Assembly (NCBI GenBank): GCA_002717245.1
Contig: PBCY01000019.1
Location: forward strand, 19,970-83,969
DNA: 64,000 bases
Source: Pelagibacteraceae bacterium
GTDB lineage: Bacteria > Pseudomonadota > Alphaproteobacteria > GCA-002720895
Direction of reading: 5' to 3'
Shown: piece by piece, positions 20,199-31,355 of the stretch
Layout: each line of letters opens with the position of its first letter
Position numbering within the stretch: position 1 is the stretch's first letter
Notes under the pieces: generated by a model
Told to the model about the DNA's origin: nothing
Seen by the model: the letters and a program-made list of their open reading frames with translations, nothing else
Database searches by the model: none
Position numbers and translations under genes: made by a program

Positions 20199-20403
20199 CG
20201 TTTAAAGTGCAAGACTCGTCTAATGGATTTATATCTTCGTCTGGTGGAGGAAGAATTTTAATCGGTTTATTATCTGCCTCAATAATTGGAATTGATTCAT
20301 TATCAAAACTAACTTTATAATTTTCTAAATTAATATAATGATTTATTAAAAAAAAGAACGTAGTTAAAACTAAAATTATTATTAAAAACTTAAGAATCTT
20401 CAT
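20188..20403 (-). CDS. small membrane-anchored protein, possibly a SPOR-protein stub lacking the SPOR domain
   Basis: 71 aa with one N-terminal TM, then IPIIEADNKPIKILPPPDED. This resembles the conserved motif preceding the SPOR domain in the protein normally encoded between argS and nagZ in alphaproteobacteria. No SPOR domain is present. Confidence 0.45.
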   Translation of the reverse strand: MKILKFLIIILVLTTFFFLINHYINLENYKVSFDNESIPIIEADNKPIKILPPPDEDINPLDESCTLNDEC

Positions 20404-20408
20404 TTTTT

Positions 20409-22157
20409 TTATTTCATAACATTTAATGGTTTAACACCTAACAAATTAAGGCCATTGCTTATAACAATTTTTACAGAATATATTAAGCCTAATCTAGAAA
20501 TAGATAAATCCTTATTATCTATATTTAAAAACCTCTTAGAAGGATCTATTTTTCCATAATTCCAAAAACTATGAAACTTTGCTGCTAATGATTGTAAAAA
20601 GAAAGTTATTCTATGGGGTTCATGATAATTTGAAGAATCTTCAAGAATTTTTGGCCATTTAACTATCTCTTTTATTATCGAAATTTCATTTTTATCAACA
20701 ATTTCTTTAAAACTGTTATTTTTTATTTTTTCAAAAGAAATTTCATTTTTATTAAAATGTTTATTCGCCTCTCTTAAAACTGAACAACATCTTGCATGTG
20801 CATATTGTACATAAAAAACTGGATTATCTTTACTTTCTTCTGTAACTTTTTGTAAATCAAAATCTATATCTTCATTATTTTTTCTTAACAGCATAATAAA
20901 TCTAGTAACATCCCTGCCTACATCATTTAATACGTCATTTAAAGAAACAAATTTCCCTTCTCTCTTTGACATTTTTAATTTCTTTTTATTATTAATTACT
21001 TTAACCATTTGACATACTTTTATTGATATATCGGCTTTTTTTTCTGTTATTGCATTAACTGCACTTGAAAGTCTTTTTATATACCCTCCATGATCTGCAC
21101 CCCATACATTAATCATTGAACTGTATCCTCTATTATATTTATCGAAATGATATGCTACATCTTTTGCAAAATAAGTATATTCTCCATCAAATTTTTGCAA
21201 AGATCTGTCAACATCATCTCCAAACTTAGTTGATTTAAACAAATATTGTTCTCTTGGCTCCCATTCATCCACATCTCCACCTTTAGGTTTTTCTGGTATA
21301 CCTTTATAGATTAATTTTTTTTTTTTTAAAAAATTCATGCATTTGGAAATTTTATTTTTTTTAACTAAATTATTTTCTGAAAAAAATGAATCAAAGTTTA
21401 CCCCTAATAAATTAAGATCTTTTTTTATTAAATCTAAAATCCATTTAAGTGAAAAACTTTGTATAAAATAATAATTTTCTTTGCTTTCTTTAATATATTT
21501 CTTGCCATATTTTTTTTTTAATTCTTTAGCAAGATCTATTAAATATTCTCCTGGATATAAACTATTATCAATTTTATTTTCTTTTTTATTAAATAATTCT
21601 TGATATCTATAAATAACTGAATTAGTTAATTTCTCAATTTGAGAGCCTGTATCATTAATATAATATTCTTTATGCACCTTATAGCCGGATTTTTTCATTA
21701 TATTTGATAAAACGTCTCCATAAACAGCACCTCTGCAATGTCCAATATGTAAAGGGCCTGTTGGATTTGCAGAAACAAATTCAATTACTATTTTTTTTGA
21801 ATTGCCTATATTGTTTTCTCCATATTTATCTTTCTGGTTTAATACTTTTTTAATTTCGTTTATCCAAAAATTTCTTTTTAAAGAAAAATTTATAAAACCG
21901 CTTCCTTCTATTTTTACATCTTCTATGTAATTTTCTTTTTTAAGTTCTTTAATAATCTTTTCAGCAAAAATCTTAGGATTAGTTTTAGATAATTTTGATA
22001 ATGAAAAAGCTGCATTTGTTGAAACATCTCCAAATTTTTCTTTTGGTGGTTGGCTAACTTGAAACATATTAACTACTTCTTTTCTATAAGTATCTTTCAT
22101 TACCTTAGTTTTAAGTATTTTATTAATATCACTCTTTAAATTATTGTAATAACTCAT
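20409..22157 (-). CDS. argS: arginine--tRNA ligase
   Basis: 582 aa with the class I HIGH motif (SANPTGPLHIGHCRG), an MSKREGK KMSK-like motif, and a C-terminal DALR anticodon-binding domain. Confidence 0.97.
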   Translation of the reverse strand: MSYYNNLKSDINKILKTKVMKDTYRKEVVNMFQVSQPPKEKFGDVSTNAAFSLSKLSKTNPKIFAEKIIKELKKENYIEDVKIEGSGFINFSLKRNFWINEIKKVLNQKDKYGENNIGNSKKIVIEFVSANPTGPLHIGHCRGAVYGDVLSNIMKKSGYKVHKEYYINDTGSQIEKLTNSVIYRYQELFNKKENKIDNSLYPGEYLIDLAKELKKKYGKKYIKESKENYYFIQSFSLKWILDLIKKDLNLLGVNFDSFFSENNLVKKNKISKCMNFLKKKKLIYKGIPEKPKGGDVDEWEPREQYLFKSTKFGDDVDRSLQKFDGEYTYFAKDVAYHFDKYNRGYSSMINVWGADHGGYIKRLSSAVNAITEKKADISIKVCQMVKVINNKKKLKMSKREGKFVSLNDVLNDVGRDVTRFIMLLRKNNEDIDFDLQKVTEESKDNPVFYVQYAHARCCSVLREANKHFNKNEISFEKIKNNSFKEIVDKNEISIIKEIVKWPKILEDSSNYHEPHRITFFLQSLAAKFHSFWNYGKIDPSKRFLNIDNKDLSISRLGLIYSVKIVISNGLNLLGVKPLNVMK

Positions 22158-22162
22158 TTTTA

Positions 22163-23287
22163 TTATATTTTATTGTAAATTTTTAATATATATCTATCAG
22201 TCATGCCTGATATATAATCTATTACTACTTGTTTTTTCTCAACATTATTGTCTTTGTATGTACTTTTAATCCAAGAAGTTGGAATATTTATTTTATTAGT
22301 AATATAAAATTTATATAAATCTTGAATTAATTTTTTATATTTTTTTGTTTTATTAATAATAATTTTATGATTATACATTCTCTTATTTAAAAAAAACCTA
22401 ATTTCAGAAATGCTTTTTTTCATTTTATTGGAAAATGAAACAATGTTAAATCCTGCATTTCTTATATCATTTACATTTTTTGGTTTTAATTTATTTAAAT
22501 TCTTTTCAGTCTGTTTTATTAAATCTACAACCATTGTATTTATTAATTTTCTAACAAATTCTTTTTTAAATCTATCTGTATTTAAATTTACACTATAATT
22601 TTTTATAATTTTTTTATAAAAAGAATATTTCTTTAAATTTTTTAAATCAAATAAGCCTGCTCTAAATCCATCATCTAAATCATGATTTATATAGGCTATA
22701 TCATCAGATATTGCTGCTATTTGAGCTTCTAATGAAGGAAAAGTTTTTAAATCTAAGTCCATAAATTCATTACTAAATAAATATATATTACTTTTTTTAT
22801 TAATTTTTTTTATAGGTCCGTTATGTTTTGCAATACCTTCTAAAGTTTCCCAAGTTAAATTTAGTCCATCAAATTCTAAATATACTTTCTCAAGAAAAGT
22901 TATAATTCTAAAAGATTGATCATTATGATTAAAATATGAATTTGAAGCTTTTACTAAAGCGTCTTCTCCTGCATGTCCAAATGGTGTATGTCCCAGATCA
23001 TGAGCTAATGAAATTGCCTCAGTTAAATCTTCATTTAGTTTAAAATACCTACTTATTGATCTTGCTATCTGAGAAACTTCAAGCGTATGCGTTAATCTTG
23101 TTCTATAATGATCCCCTTCATGATTAACAAAAACTTGCGTTTTATACTTTAATCTTCTAAATGCAGTTGAGTGTATAATTCTTCCAACGTCCCTTTGATA
23201 TTCATTTCTAAAGTTATCTTTATTAGTTTTATAAACTCTACCTTTAGTTTTATCAGTTCTAACAGCTAATTTAGAAACTTTTAACAT
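22163..23287 (-). CDS. dgt: dGTP triphosphohydrolase-like HD-domain protein
   Basis: 374 aa with FRRLKYKTQVF, RLTHTLEVSQIARSI and AHDLGHTPFGHAGE (HD domain). Confidence 0.9.
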   Translation of the reverse strand: MLKVSKLAVRTDKTKGRVYKTNKDNFRNEYQRDVGRIIHSTAFRRLKYKTQVFVNHEGDHYRTRLTHTLEVSQIARSISRYFKLNEDLTEAISLAHDLGHTPFGHAGEDALVKASNSYFNHNDQSFRIITFLEKVYLEFDGLNLTWETLEGIAKHNGPIKKINKKSNIYLFSNEFMDLDLKTFPSLEAQIAAISDDIAYINHDLDDGFRAGLFDLKNLKKYSFYKKIIKNYSVNLNTDRFKKEFVRKLINTMVVDLIKQTEKNLNKLKPKNVNDIRNAGFNIVSFSNKMKKSISEIRFFLNKRMYNHKIIINKTKKYKKLIQDLYKFYITNKINIPTSWIKSTYKDNNVEKKQVVIDYISGMTDRYILKIYNKI

Positions 23288-23364
23288 GTTTAATTTTAAA
23301 AAAAATATACTATTTTAATAATAACGTTAATAAAATAAGAATATAAATTTATTATTTTAGAATT

Positions 23365-23688
23365 ATGAATAATTTATTAGTTACAAGTAATGCGGCAAAG
23401 AAAATTATTGAGCTATCAAAAAAGAAAGAGAAAAAAATGTTAAGAATATCTGTAACTGGAGGCGGATGCCAAGGCTTTCAATATAATTTAGATATGGAGG
23501 ATAAATACGAAAAAAAAGACATAATTATAAAAAAAAATAATGCTTTAGTTGTGATAGATAAAAATTCATTGGACTTAATAAAAGGTTCTGAAATAGATTT
23601 TGTTGAAGATTTAATTGGTTCTAGATTTAAAATTAATAATCCAAAAGCAACATCTTCCTGTGGTTGCGGCACATCTTTCTCATTATAA
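23365..23688 (+). CDS. erpA: iron-sulfur cluster insertion protein (HesB/IscA/ErpA family)
   Basis: 107 aa with GGGCQGFQY and the C-terminal CGCGTSF cysteine motif. Confidence 0.9.
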   Translation: MNNLLVTSNAAKKIIELSKKKEKKMLRISVTGGGCQGFQYNLDMEDKYEKKDIIIKKNNALVVIDKNSLDLIKGSEIDFVEDLIGSRFKINNPKATSSCGCGTSFSL

Positions 23689-23694
23689 TAAAAT

Positions 23695-24477
23695 ATGAGC
23701 AATATTAGAATCGCTTCATGGAATGTGAATTCTATAAGAGCAAGAATTGAAATATTATCCAAATGGCTAAAACAAAAACAATACGACATTGTTTTCGTTC
23801 AGGAAACAAAAGTGCAAGATCATGAATTTCCTATAGATGATATTAAAAATTTTGGATACGAAGCAATCTTTATGGGTCAAAAGTCTTATAATGGAGTAGC
23901 AATACTCTCAAAAGAAAAAATCAATATATTAAATAAAAATTTACCAGGTGATAAAAAAGATGAGCAAGCAAGATTTATAAGTTCAAAAATTAAAGATATA
24001 GAATTAATTTGTATTTATTTACCTAATGGTAATCCAATAGATACTGACAAATTTCCTTATAAATTAAAATGGATGGACAGACTATCAGATTACATCAAAA
24101 AAAATTTAAACGAAAATAAAAAATTTATTTTAGCAGGAGATTTTAATGTAATTCCTAAAGAAATTGACGTTCATAATCCTGAATCTTGGACTAATGACGC
24201 TTTATTTCATGAAGATACATTAAAAAAATTTTGGGCAATGATGAATTTAGGATTAACTGACGCTTATAGAGCAATCAATGGTGATAAGGTTGAATATACT
24301 TTCTTTGATTATAAAAGAAAAACTAATTTTGAAAATAATAAAGGTCTTAGAATAGATCATTTTATTCTTCCCCCTTCCATGGTGGATAAATTAGATAAAT
24401 GTTATATTGATAGTAGATTAAGAGGTTTAGAAAAACCTTCTGATCATGTACCAATAGTTTGTGAATTTAAACTCTAG
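23695..24477 (+). CDS. xthA: exodeoxyribonuclease III
   Basis: 260 aa with IASWNVNSIRAR, VFVQETK, GDFNVIP, RIDHF and PSDHVPI, the EEP AP-endonuclease motifs. Confidence 0.93.
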   Translation: MSNIRIASWNVNSIRARIEILSKWLKQKQYDIVFVQETKVQDHEFPIDDIKNFGYEAIFMGQKSYNGVAILSKEKINILNKNLPGDKKDEQARFISSKIKDIELICIYLPNGNPIDTDKFPYKLKWMDRLSDYIKKNLNENKKFILAGDFNVIPKEIDVHNPESWTNDALFHEDTLKKFWAMMNLGLTDAYRAINGDKVEYTFFDYKRKTNFENNKGLRIDHFILPPSMVDKLDKCYIDSRLRGLEKPSDHVPIVCEFKL

Positions 24478-24490
24478 TATTTATAATAAA

Positions 24491-26212
24491 TTATATTTCT
24501 GAGAAAGTATGAGTTTCTGTCTTTGCTCCAGGATGTGTTACTGCGCCTTTATAAGCATCTCCAACATTCTTTGTATATCTCCAAAGAGATCCTGATTGAA
24601 AATAATTTTTTCTAGCTTTCCATTTCTTCTTTCTTTTAGTTAATTCCTTTTTATTAACTAACAAATTTATTATTCCTTTATTTGCGTCTAAATGAATCTT
24701 ATCACCATTCTTTATAAGCGCGATTGGCCCACCGACAGCTGCTTCTGGTCCAATATGTCCTACACAAAAACCTCTAGTAGCACCTGAAAATCTTCCATCA
24801 GTAATTAACGCAACTTTATCTCCCATACCTTGGCCATATATTGCGGCAGTCGTAGAAAGCATTTCTCTCATTCCAGGGCCTCCCCTTGGTCCTTCATAAC
24901 GTATAACAATAACATCTCCTGCTTTATATTTTTTCTTTTGTACTGCGTTAAAAGCATCTTCTTCACAATCAAAACATCTAGCATTTCCTATAAATTCTAA
25001 ATTTTCCATTCCAGCAATTTTTACAACTGCTCCTTGTGAAGCAAGTGATCCTTTTAAAACAACGACCCCGCTTGTTTTGCTTATAGGATTTTTAGTTTCT
25101 AGAACTACATCCTGATTTTTTGGAAATCTTATACCTTTTAAATTCTGCTCTATTGTTTTTCCTGTAACAGTTATACAATTTTTATGTAAATACCCACCAT
25201 CTAATAATGCTTTCATTAGTATAGGAACCCCGCCTACATCGTATAAATCTTTTGCAACATATTTACCACTTGGTTTCATGCTTGCTATATAAGGAGTTGT
25301 TTTAAAAACTTTCATAACATCAAATAAATCAAAATCAATTCCTGCTTCATGTGCTATTGCTGGTAAATGCAAAGCAGCATTTGTTGATCCGCCAGATGCT
25401 GCAACTACTCTTGTTGCGTTTTCTAAAGATCTTTTTGTAATAATATCTCTTGGTTTTGGTCCGTTCTTAATTAGATGCATAATCGTTTTACCAGCTTGTT
25501 TTGCGGTTTTTTCTCTTTCTTTAAAAGTTGCTGGTATTGCAGATGTACCAGGTAATGCTAGTCCTATAGCTTCAGCTACACATGCCATTGTATTTGCAGT
25601 AAATTGTCCTCCACATGACCCTGCTGATGGGCATGCAACTTTTTCTAGCGAATATAAATCTTTCTTTTTTATTTTACCAGATGCATATTCCCCAACAGCT
25701 TCAAATAAATCTTGAACTGTTACTTGTTTACCTTTAAATTTTCCAGGAAGTATTGATCCTCCATACATAAAAATTGACGGTAAGTTTAATCTAGCCATTA
25801 CCATCATTAATCCAGGTAAAGACTTGTCACACCCTGCTACTCCAACAATTGCATCGTAACAATGTCCTCTAACTGTTAGTTCAACTGAATCTGCTATTAC
25901 TTCCCTGCTTACTAAAGAAGATTTCATTCCAGGGTGACCCATAGCTATTCCATCAGTAACTGTAATAGTAGTGAATTCTCTTGGAGTGCCTCCGGCTTCT
26001 GTAACTCCTTTTTTTACAAATTTTGTCTGACCCATTAATGATATATTGCATGGTGCAGCTTCATTCCATGTTGATACAACTCCAACAAAAGGTCTGTTTA
26101 TTTCCTTTTCTTTTAAACCCATAGCGTAGTAATACGATCTATGAGGAGCTCTTTCTGGTCCCTTAGAAACTAATCTGCTTATTATATTATTTTTTTTATA
26201 TTTTGTTTTCAT
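24491..26212 (-). CDS. ilvD: dihydroxy-acid dehydratase
   Basis: 573 aa with [34 protein letters not shown] and [14 protein letters not shown], the IlvD/Edd family motifs. Confidence 0.95.
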   Translation of the reverse strand: MKTKYKKNNIISRLVSKGPERAPHRSYYYAMGLKEKEINRPFVGVVSTWNEAAPCNISLMGQTKFVKKGVTEAGGTPREFTTITVTDGIAMGHPGMKSSLVSREVIADSVELTVRGHCYDAIVGVAGCDKSLPGLMMVMARLNLPSIFMYGGSILPGKFKGKQVTVQDLFEAVGEYASGKIKKKDLYSLEKVACPSAGSCGGQFTANTMACVAEAIGLALPGTSAIPATFKEREKTAKQAGKTIMHLIKNGPKPRDIITKRSLENATRVVAASGGSTNAALHLPAIAHEAGIDFDLFDVMKVFKTTPYIASMKPSGKYVAKDLYDVGGVPILMKALLDGGYLHKNCITVTGKTIEQNLKGIRFPKNQDVVLETKNPISKTSGVVVLKGSLASQGAVVKIAGMENLEFIGNARCFDCEEDAFNAVQKKKYKAGDVIVIRYEGPRGGPGMREMLSTTAAIYGQGMGDKVALITDGRFSGATRGFCVGHIGPEAAVGGPIALIKNGDKIHLDANKGIINLLVNKKELTKRKKKWKARKNYFQSGSLWRYTKNVGDAYKGAVTHPGAKTETHTFSEI

Positions 26213-28840
26213 TTAATTAGTTGAAATATTTTTTTTTGCTTCTTCTAACTTTTTTAATGTTTTTTTATAATTCATAAAACTCTCCTTTTGTTTTTTTACC
26301 ACTTCAATAGGTGCATTTTTAATAAAATTGCTATTTTTTAACATTTTATTTATTTTATTAATTTCAATTCTTATTTTTTCCATTTGATCAGATATTCTTT
26401 TTTCTTCATCTTTTAAATCAATTATATCCCCAACATCAAGAAAAAAATTTGTTTTATCACAAACAAATTGAAGAATATTTTTACTTTTTGTTTCTTTAAT
26501 TTCAACTCTTGCTAATCTTTGTAAAAAAGAACTATATTTTATTAAAAAGTTCTGTTTATCTTTTTTTAAATCCTTAAATGATAGATTAAGAACAGCTTTC
26601 GCTGGTATTCTTACGCTAGTTCTAACAGTTCTAATTTGAGATATTAAATTTACTATCCAATCTATTTCTTTTTTAGCATCATCTGATTTTTTTAAATTTT
26701 TAAAATTAGGCCATTGATATACTAATTCATTATTATGTATCTGAGATCTTAGTTCTCTAGACAAAAAAGGCATAAATGGATAAAGCATGATTAATATATT
26801 ATCTAGAGTCCAAATTATAGTATTTTTCGTTTCATCAACTAACTTTTTATCATTACTTTGTAAAATTGGTTTTGTAAATTCTAGATACCAGTCGCAAAAA
26901 GTTCTCCAAATAAATTGATACAAATTATTTGATGCTTCATTAAATTTATATTCATCAATAGTTTTTGTTATGTTTGCGTTTACTTCAACTAACGAATGTA
27001 TAATCCATTTATTAACCTCGTGATTAATTTTTTTTGGATCAAAAGAACTATTGATTTTACAATCATTTAAAAAAATATATCTACTAGCATTCCATATTTT
27101 AGTTGCAAAATTTCTAGATGATTCAACTTTCTGAGTAGTTAATTTTATATCTCTCCCAGGAGATGCTAAAGAAGATAGGGTAAACCTTAATGCATCTGAA
27201 CCGTACTTGCTTGTTAATTCCAATGGATCAATTACATTCCCTTTAGATTTAGACATTTTTTGACCTTTTTCATCTCTTATTAATGCATGAATATAAACTT
27301 CTTTAAAAGGAGGTTTTTTTGTGAAAAATAAACCCATCATTATCATTCTGGCAACCCAAAAGAAAATAATATCAAATCCAGTAATTAATAAATTCGTTGG
27401 ATAATATTTTTTATATTCTTTAGTTTGATTTGGCCATCCTAGTGTTGAAAAAGGCCATAAAGAAGATGAAAACCATGTATCTAAAACATCGTTATCTTGA
27501 ATAAGTTCAACTTTCTTTTTATAAAATTTTTCTGCTTTTATTAACGCTTCTTTTTTATTCATTGCTGCAAATGCTTTTTTATCAGGTCCGTACCAAATAG
27601 GAATCTTATGTCCCCACCAAATTTGTCGTGAAATACACCATGGTTGTATATTTTCTAGCCAATCAAAATATATCTTTTCCCAAGATTTTGGTAAAAAAGA
27701 TATTTTATTTTCTTTAACAATCTTTATTGCGTCTTTAGATAATTTTTTTGCATCAACAAACCACTGATCAGTTAAAAAAGGTTCTAAAACTTCACCTGAT
27801 CTATCACCGTATGGAACTGTATATTTATATTGTTCTTTTTTTTCCAATAAACCTTTATTATTCAACACTTCTAAAATTTTTTCTCTCGCTTTTAATCTAT
27901 CAAGGCCTTGAAATTCTTTAGGATTAAGCTCATTTAATTTACCTTCATTATCAAAAATATTAATTATTTTAAGTTTATGACGTGTTCCAACTTCAAAATC
28001 ATTAAAATCATGAGCAGGTGTTATCTTAACGGCTCCGCTTCCTTTTTCAGGATCTGCATGCTCATCTAGAACTAATGGTATTTCTTTTTCAAGAATTGGT
28101 AAAATAACAGTATCATTATGGAATTTTTTAAATCTTTTATCTTTAGGATGAACTGCGACACCTGTGTCACCTAACATTGTTTCTGGTCTAGTAGTAGCAA
28201 TTGTTATATATGATCCTTTATTCTTTTTGAATGGATATTTAATAAAATATAAAAAACCATTAACATCCTTATTTTCAACTTCTAAATCTGATACTGCAGT
28301 TTGTAATTTAACATCCCAATTAATAAGTCTCTTTTCTTTAAAAATTAATTTATTATCAAATAGCTCAATAAAAACTTTTTTGACAGTATCCGAAAGTTCG
28401 TCATCCATTGTAAATCTTTCTCTTGCCCAATCTGCAGAAACGCCTAATTGACGCATTTGAGAAACTATCTGATTTCCAGATTTATTTTTCCATTCCCAAA
28501 CTTTTTTTATAAAATCTTCTTTACCTAACTCGTGTCTATTTTGATTATTTTTGTTAAGTTGTTTTTCGACAACTATTTGAGTTGCTATTCCAGCATGGTC
28601 AGTGCCAGGTTGCCAAAGAACATTGTAATTATTTAGTCTTTTATACCTAACAATAATGTCTTGCAACGTAAAATTTAATGCATGCCCCATATGCAATACA
28701 CCAGTTACGTTTGGTGGGGGCATCATTAAACAAAAACTTTTTTTTGTTGAATTTACATCTGAATTAAAAATTCCAAGCTTTTCCTCTATCTCGTAATTTT
28801 TATTGTCTATTTTTTTTGGATCAAAAGTTTTATCCAACAT
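26213..28840 (-). CDS. valS: valine--tRNA ligase
   Basis: 875 aa with PPPNVTGVLHMGHAL (HIGH), KMSKSKGNVIDP (KMSKS), a CP1 editing domain and a C-terminal coiled coil. Its stop directly abuts the ilvD start. Confidence 0.97.
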   Translation of the reverse strand: MLDKTFDPKKIDNKNYEIEEKLGIFNSDVNSTKKSFCLMMPPPNVTGVLHMGHALNFTLQDIIVRYKRLNNYNVLWQPGTDHAGIATQIVVEKQLNKNNQNRHELGKEDFIKKVWEWKNKSGNQIVSQMRQLGVSADWARERFTMDDELSDTVKKVFIELFDNKLIFKEKRLINWDVKLQTAVSDLEVENKDVNGFLYFIKYPFKKNKGSYITIATTRPETMLGDTGVAVHPKDKRFKKFHNDTVILPILEKEIPLVLDEHADPEKGSGAVKITPAHDFNDFEVGTRHKLKIINIFDNEGKLNELNPKEFQGLDRLKAREKILEVLNNKGLLEKKEQYKYTVPYGDRSGEVLEPFLTDQWFVDAKKLSKDAIKIVKENKISFLPKSWEKIYFDWLENIQPWCISRQIWWGHKIPIWYGPDKKAFAAMNKKEALIKAEKFYKKKVELIQDNDVLDTWFSSSLWPFSTLGWPNQTKEYKKYYPTNLLITGFDIIFFWVARMIMMGLFFTKKPPFKEVYIHALIRDEKGQKMSKSKGNVIDPLELTSKYGSDALRFTLSSLASPGRDIKLTTQKVESSRNFATKIWNASRYIFLNDCKINSSFDPKKINHEVNKWIIHSLVEVNANITKTIDEYKFNEASNNLYQFIWRTFCDWYLEFTKPILQSNDKKLVDETKNTIIWTLDNILIMLYPFMPFLSRELRSQIHNNELVYQWPNFKNLKKSDDAKKEIDWIVNLISQIRTVRTSVRIPAKAVLNLSFKDLKKDKQNFLIKYSSFLQRLARVEIKETKSKNILQFVCDKTNFFLDVGDIIDLKDEEKRISDQMEKIRIEINKINKMLKNSNFIKNAPIEVVKKQKESFMNYKKTLKKLEEAKKNISTN

Positions 28841-28874
28841 AAATTAATTCATTGAAATATTTAGTAATTATAAA

Positions 28875-30533
28875 CTAAATGTATAAATCTTTTAAAGATA
28901 ATTCACCAATATCTGCTTTTAATTGAAGAGCAGAAATTATATATTTTTTTGTAGCATTAATTTTATTAAATTCAGCATCAATAAGATCTTCTTTTGATTG
29001 TAAAAGATCAATATAAGACTTTATTCCAAGTTTTGTTTCCTGTTCAACACCGTTTAAAATTAATTTTTTAGCTTCGATATTAATGTTTGCAGCTTTAAGT
29101 AAAGTTTCAGATGTTTGTAAATCTGTCCAAGATTTTAAAACATTTTGAGTTACTTCATTTCTTTTATTTTCTAATTCATATCTAACTTTTTTTGCAATAA
29201 TTTTTGCTTCTTTAATTTTAGAAATATTCCCTCCACCTTTGAAAAGCGGCACTTTTAGATTCGCAGTTATTTCAGCGCTATCCAAAGAACTTCCTTTTGA
29301 AACCATATCATCACTTGATTGATACTCAGCATCTAAGCTTAATTTTGGTAAGGCTTCAGAAAAATTTGATTTTATATCAAATTTAGAAATACTTTCTTCA
29401 AGCTCTGCTATTCTTATTTTTGGGTTGTTTGCTAATGCAATTTTTATTGCTTCTTCAGAATCATTCGGAAAATTTATTTTATTTATCTTAGGTTCTTTTA
29501 AATTTGCTTCAGGCAAACTTTCACCAACAACTTTTTTATAATTTGCTTTAGTGACATTATATTCATTAACAGAAGCAATCTTTTCAGCAGCTGTTTGAAC
29601 CAATATAGATTGAGCAAAAACGAGATCAGATTGTGAAGCAGTTCCAACATTAACTAACATTTCTATTGATTTATAGTCATTCTTGAATTTTTCTTCTTTT
29701 AAATTATTTAATTCAACTAATTTTTTTTTTTCTAACACATCTAAATAAACAAGCGCTGATTCAAGAAATATTTCGTATTTTGCAATTCTTAAATTTTCTT
29801 CTTCAATTTTTAAATTACTTCTTGCCTTGTTTAATTCAGCGCTAAGTTTACCGCCTGTATATAATTCTTGTTCTAAATTTATTGAAAAATCTTGAGGGCT
29901 AGTGCTTTCATCTGTTGTAGAAGTTTTAGTAGATGAGTCAGTGTCTTTATAACCTTTACTTAAATTCATTTCTATAGAAGGTAGAGCAGCAGAATAAACT
30001 TGTTTGATCTTTTCTTTAGATGAGTCGTAGAATGTTTCTTGAGCTTTAATTTTAGGATTATATTTTATTGCTTTATTAATAGTTTCAGTAATATTTAAAT
30101 CTGCTAGAAATTCATTTTTATTTTCAACAAGATCTGTTGTTTTGTGATAATTATTTATAAAAATAATTTCATTATTTTGATTTTTTTTATTTTTATTAAA
30201 TACAATATCTTTTTTTTTAAATTTATTATTTACTTCTTCTTTTATATTGCCAATTACTTCATTATAAGTTTTATTTTTCGAATCATTAATACTAGTTATT
30301 AAAATTGGATAAATTTTAGGTTTATTTTTTAAAATAAAATTAGATGTCTTAAATTCTTCTAAAATAAAGTCATTTTTATAAGGAATCTTATCAATGTTTA
30401 GCCTTATAACATTAGAAAATTTAGAACTTTTAATATCTAATTCATAAAAATTATAAAAGAAAACAGTAGTGCTTAAATAGAAATATAATATAAATACAAA
30501 AAACTTCATAGGTACATTATCCTCTATAAACAA
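28875..30533 (-). CDS. tolC: TolC-family outer membrane efflux protein with a long N/K-rich N-terminal extension
   Basis: 552 aa with an N-terminal signal/TM and about 150 aa of low-complexity extension. Two repeated coiled-coil/beta-barrel halves follow (YTGGKLSAELNKA...; LFKGGGNISKIKEAK...). The neighbouring PIMT-like gene matches the known alphaproteobacterial synteny. Confidence 0.8.
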   Translation of the reverse strand: MFIEDNVPMKFFVFILYFYLSTTVFFYNFYELDIKSSKFSNVIRLNIDKIPYKNDFILEEFKTSNFILKNKPKIYPILITSINDSKNKTYNEVIGNIKEEVNNKFKKKDIVFNKNKKNQNNEIIFINNYHKTTDLVENKNEFLADLNITETINKAIKYNPKIKAQETFYDSSKEKIKQVYSAALPSIEMNLSKGYKDTDSSTKTSTTDESTSPQDFSINLEQELYTGGKLSAELNKARSNLKIEEENLRIAKYEIFLESALVYLDVLEKKKLVELNNLKEEKFKNDYKSIEMLVNVGTASQSDLVFAQSILVQTAAEKIASVNEYNVTKANYKKVVGESLPEANLKEPKINKINFPNDSEEAIKIALANNPKIRIAELEESISKFDIKSNFSEALPKLSLDAEYQSSDDMVSKGSSLDSAEITANLKVPLFKGGGNISKIKEAKIIAKKVRYELENKRNEVTQNVLKSWTDLQTSETLLKAANINIEAKKLILNGVEQETKLGIKSYIDLLQSKEDLIDAEFNKINATKKYIISALQLKADIGELSLKDLYI

Positions 30534-30555
30534 ATATAAAAAAATTAAAAAAAAT

Positions 30556-31212
30556 CTAGAAAATAAATTCTTTTTTATTTTTTTTAAAATCTTTTAATAT
30601 TGGAGTTTGTGCTGAAATATAATTTCTTTTTGATAATTTACCTTTAATTTTTTTGGCTATATGAATCTTCCCAGTTTTATTATTATCATATAAAACAGTT
30701 ATTAATAAACCTCCGTTACTTTTTAATGAATTAAATAAAATATCAGGAATTACCTCTACTCCACCAAATATAAAAATAACATCAATTTTTTTTTTAATTC
30801 CTTTTGCAGGATTTTTATTAAAAAATTCTATATTTCTAATATTTAATCTTTTTATATTTTGATTTGCCTCTTCAATTAACTTTTTTTTATTATCAATAGC
30901 ATATACTTTTTTTGTTATTTTAGATAAAACAGCAGATGAATAGCCATTTGAACATGCTAAATCTAATACTATGCTATCTTTATTAATATTCGATAATTTT
31001 ATAATATTTGCTATTAATCTTGGCTCCATCAAATACCGATCTGGAGAAATTTCTATATCTTCGTCTAAATAAGCTTTTGCTTTCTTTTCATATGGTAAAA
31101 AAATTTCTCTCGGTATAACTTCAAAAGCTTTTAGAATATAATCTTCTGTGATATTATTAGTCATTAATTGATTATGTATCATATTTTTTCTTGCAGTATT
31201 AAAATCTGACAT
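30556..31212 (-). CDS. protein-L-isoaspartate O-methyltransferase-family protein (second PIMT paralogue, tolC-linked type)
   Basis: 218 aa with VIPREIFLP and the VLDLACSNGYSSAVLS SAM motif. Lies next to tolC, as in many alphaproteobacteria. Confidence 0.75.
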   Translation of the reverse strand: MSDFNTARKNMIHNQLMTNNITEDYILKAFEVIPREIFLPYEKKAKAYLDEDIEISPDRYLMEPRLIANIIKLSNINKDSIVLDLACSNGYSSAVLSKITKKVYAIDNKKKLIEEANQNIKRLNIRNIEFFNKNPAKGIKKKIDVIFIFGGVEVIPDILFNSLKSNGGLLITVLYDNNKTGKIHIAKKIKGKLSKRNYISAQTPILKDFKKNKKEFIF

Positions 31213-31280
31213 AATTTATACTATTTATAATTTTTTTAAATATATTAAAAAATAAATTAAATAAAAAAAAAATTATTTAT

Positions 31281-31354
31281 GGCCCGGTGGCAGAGTGGTT
31301 ATGCAGAGGCCTGCAAAGCCTTGTACATCGGTTCGATTCCGGTCCGGGCCTCCA
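31281..31354 (+). tRNA. tRNA-Cys (anticodon GCA)
   Basis: GGCCCGG ... GAGGC CTGCAAA GCCTT ... GGTTCGATTCC ... CCGGGCC T CCA. Has the U73 discriminator typical of tRNA-Cys and an encoded CCA. Confidence 0.93.
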
Positions 31355-31355
31355 T

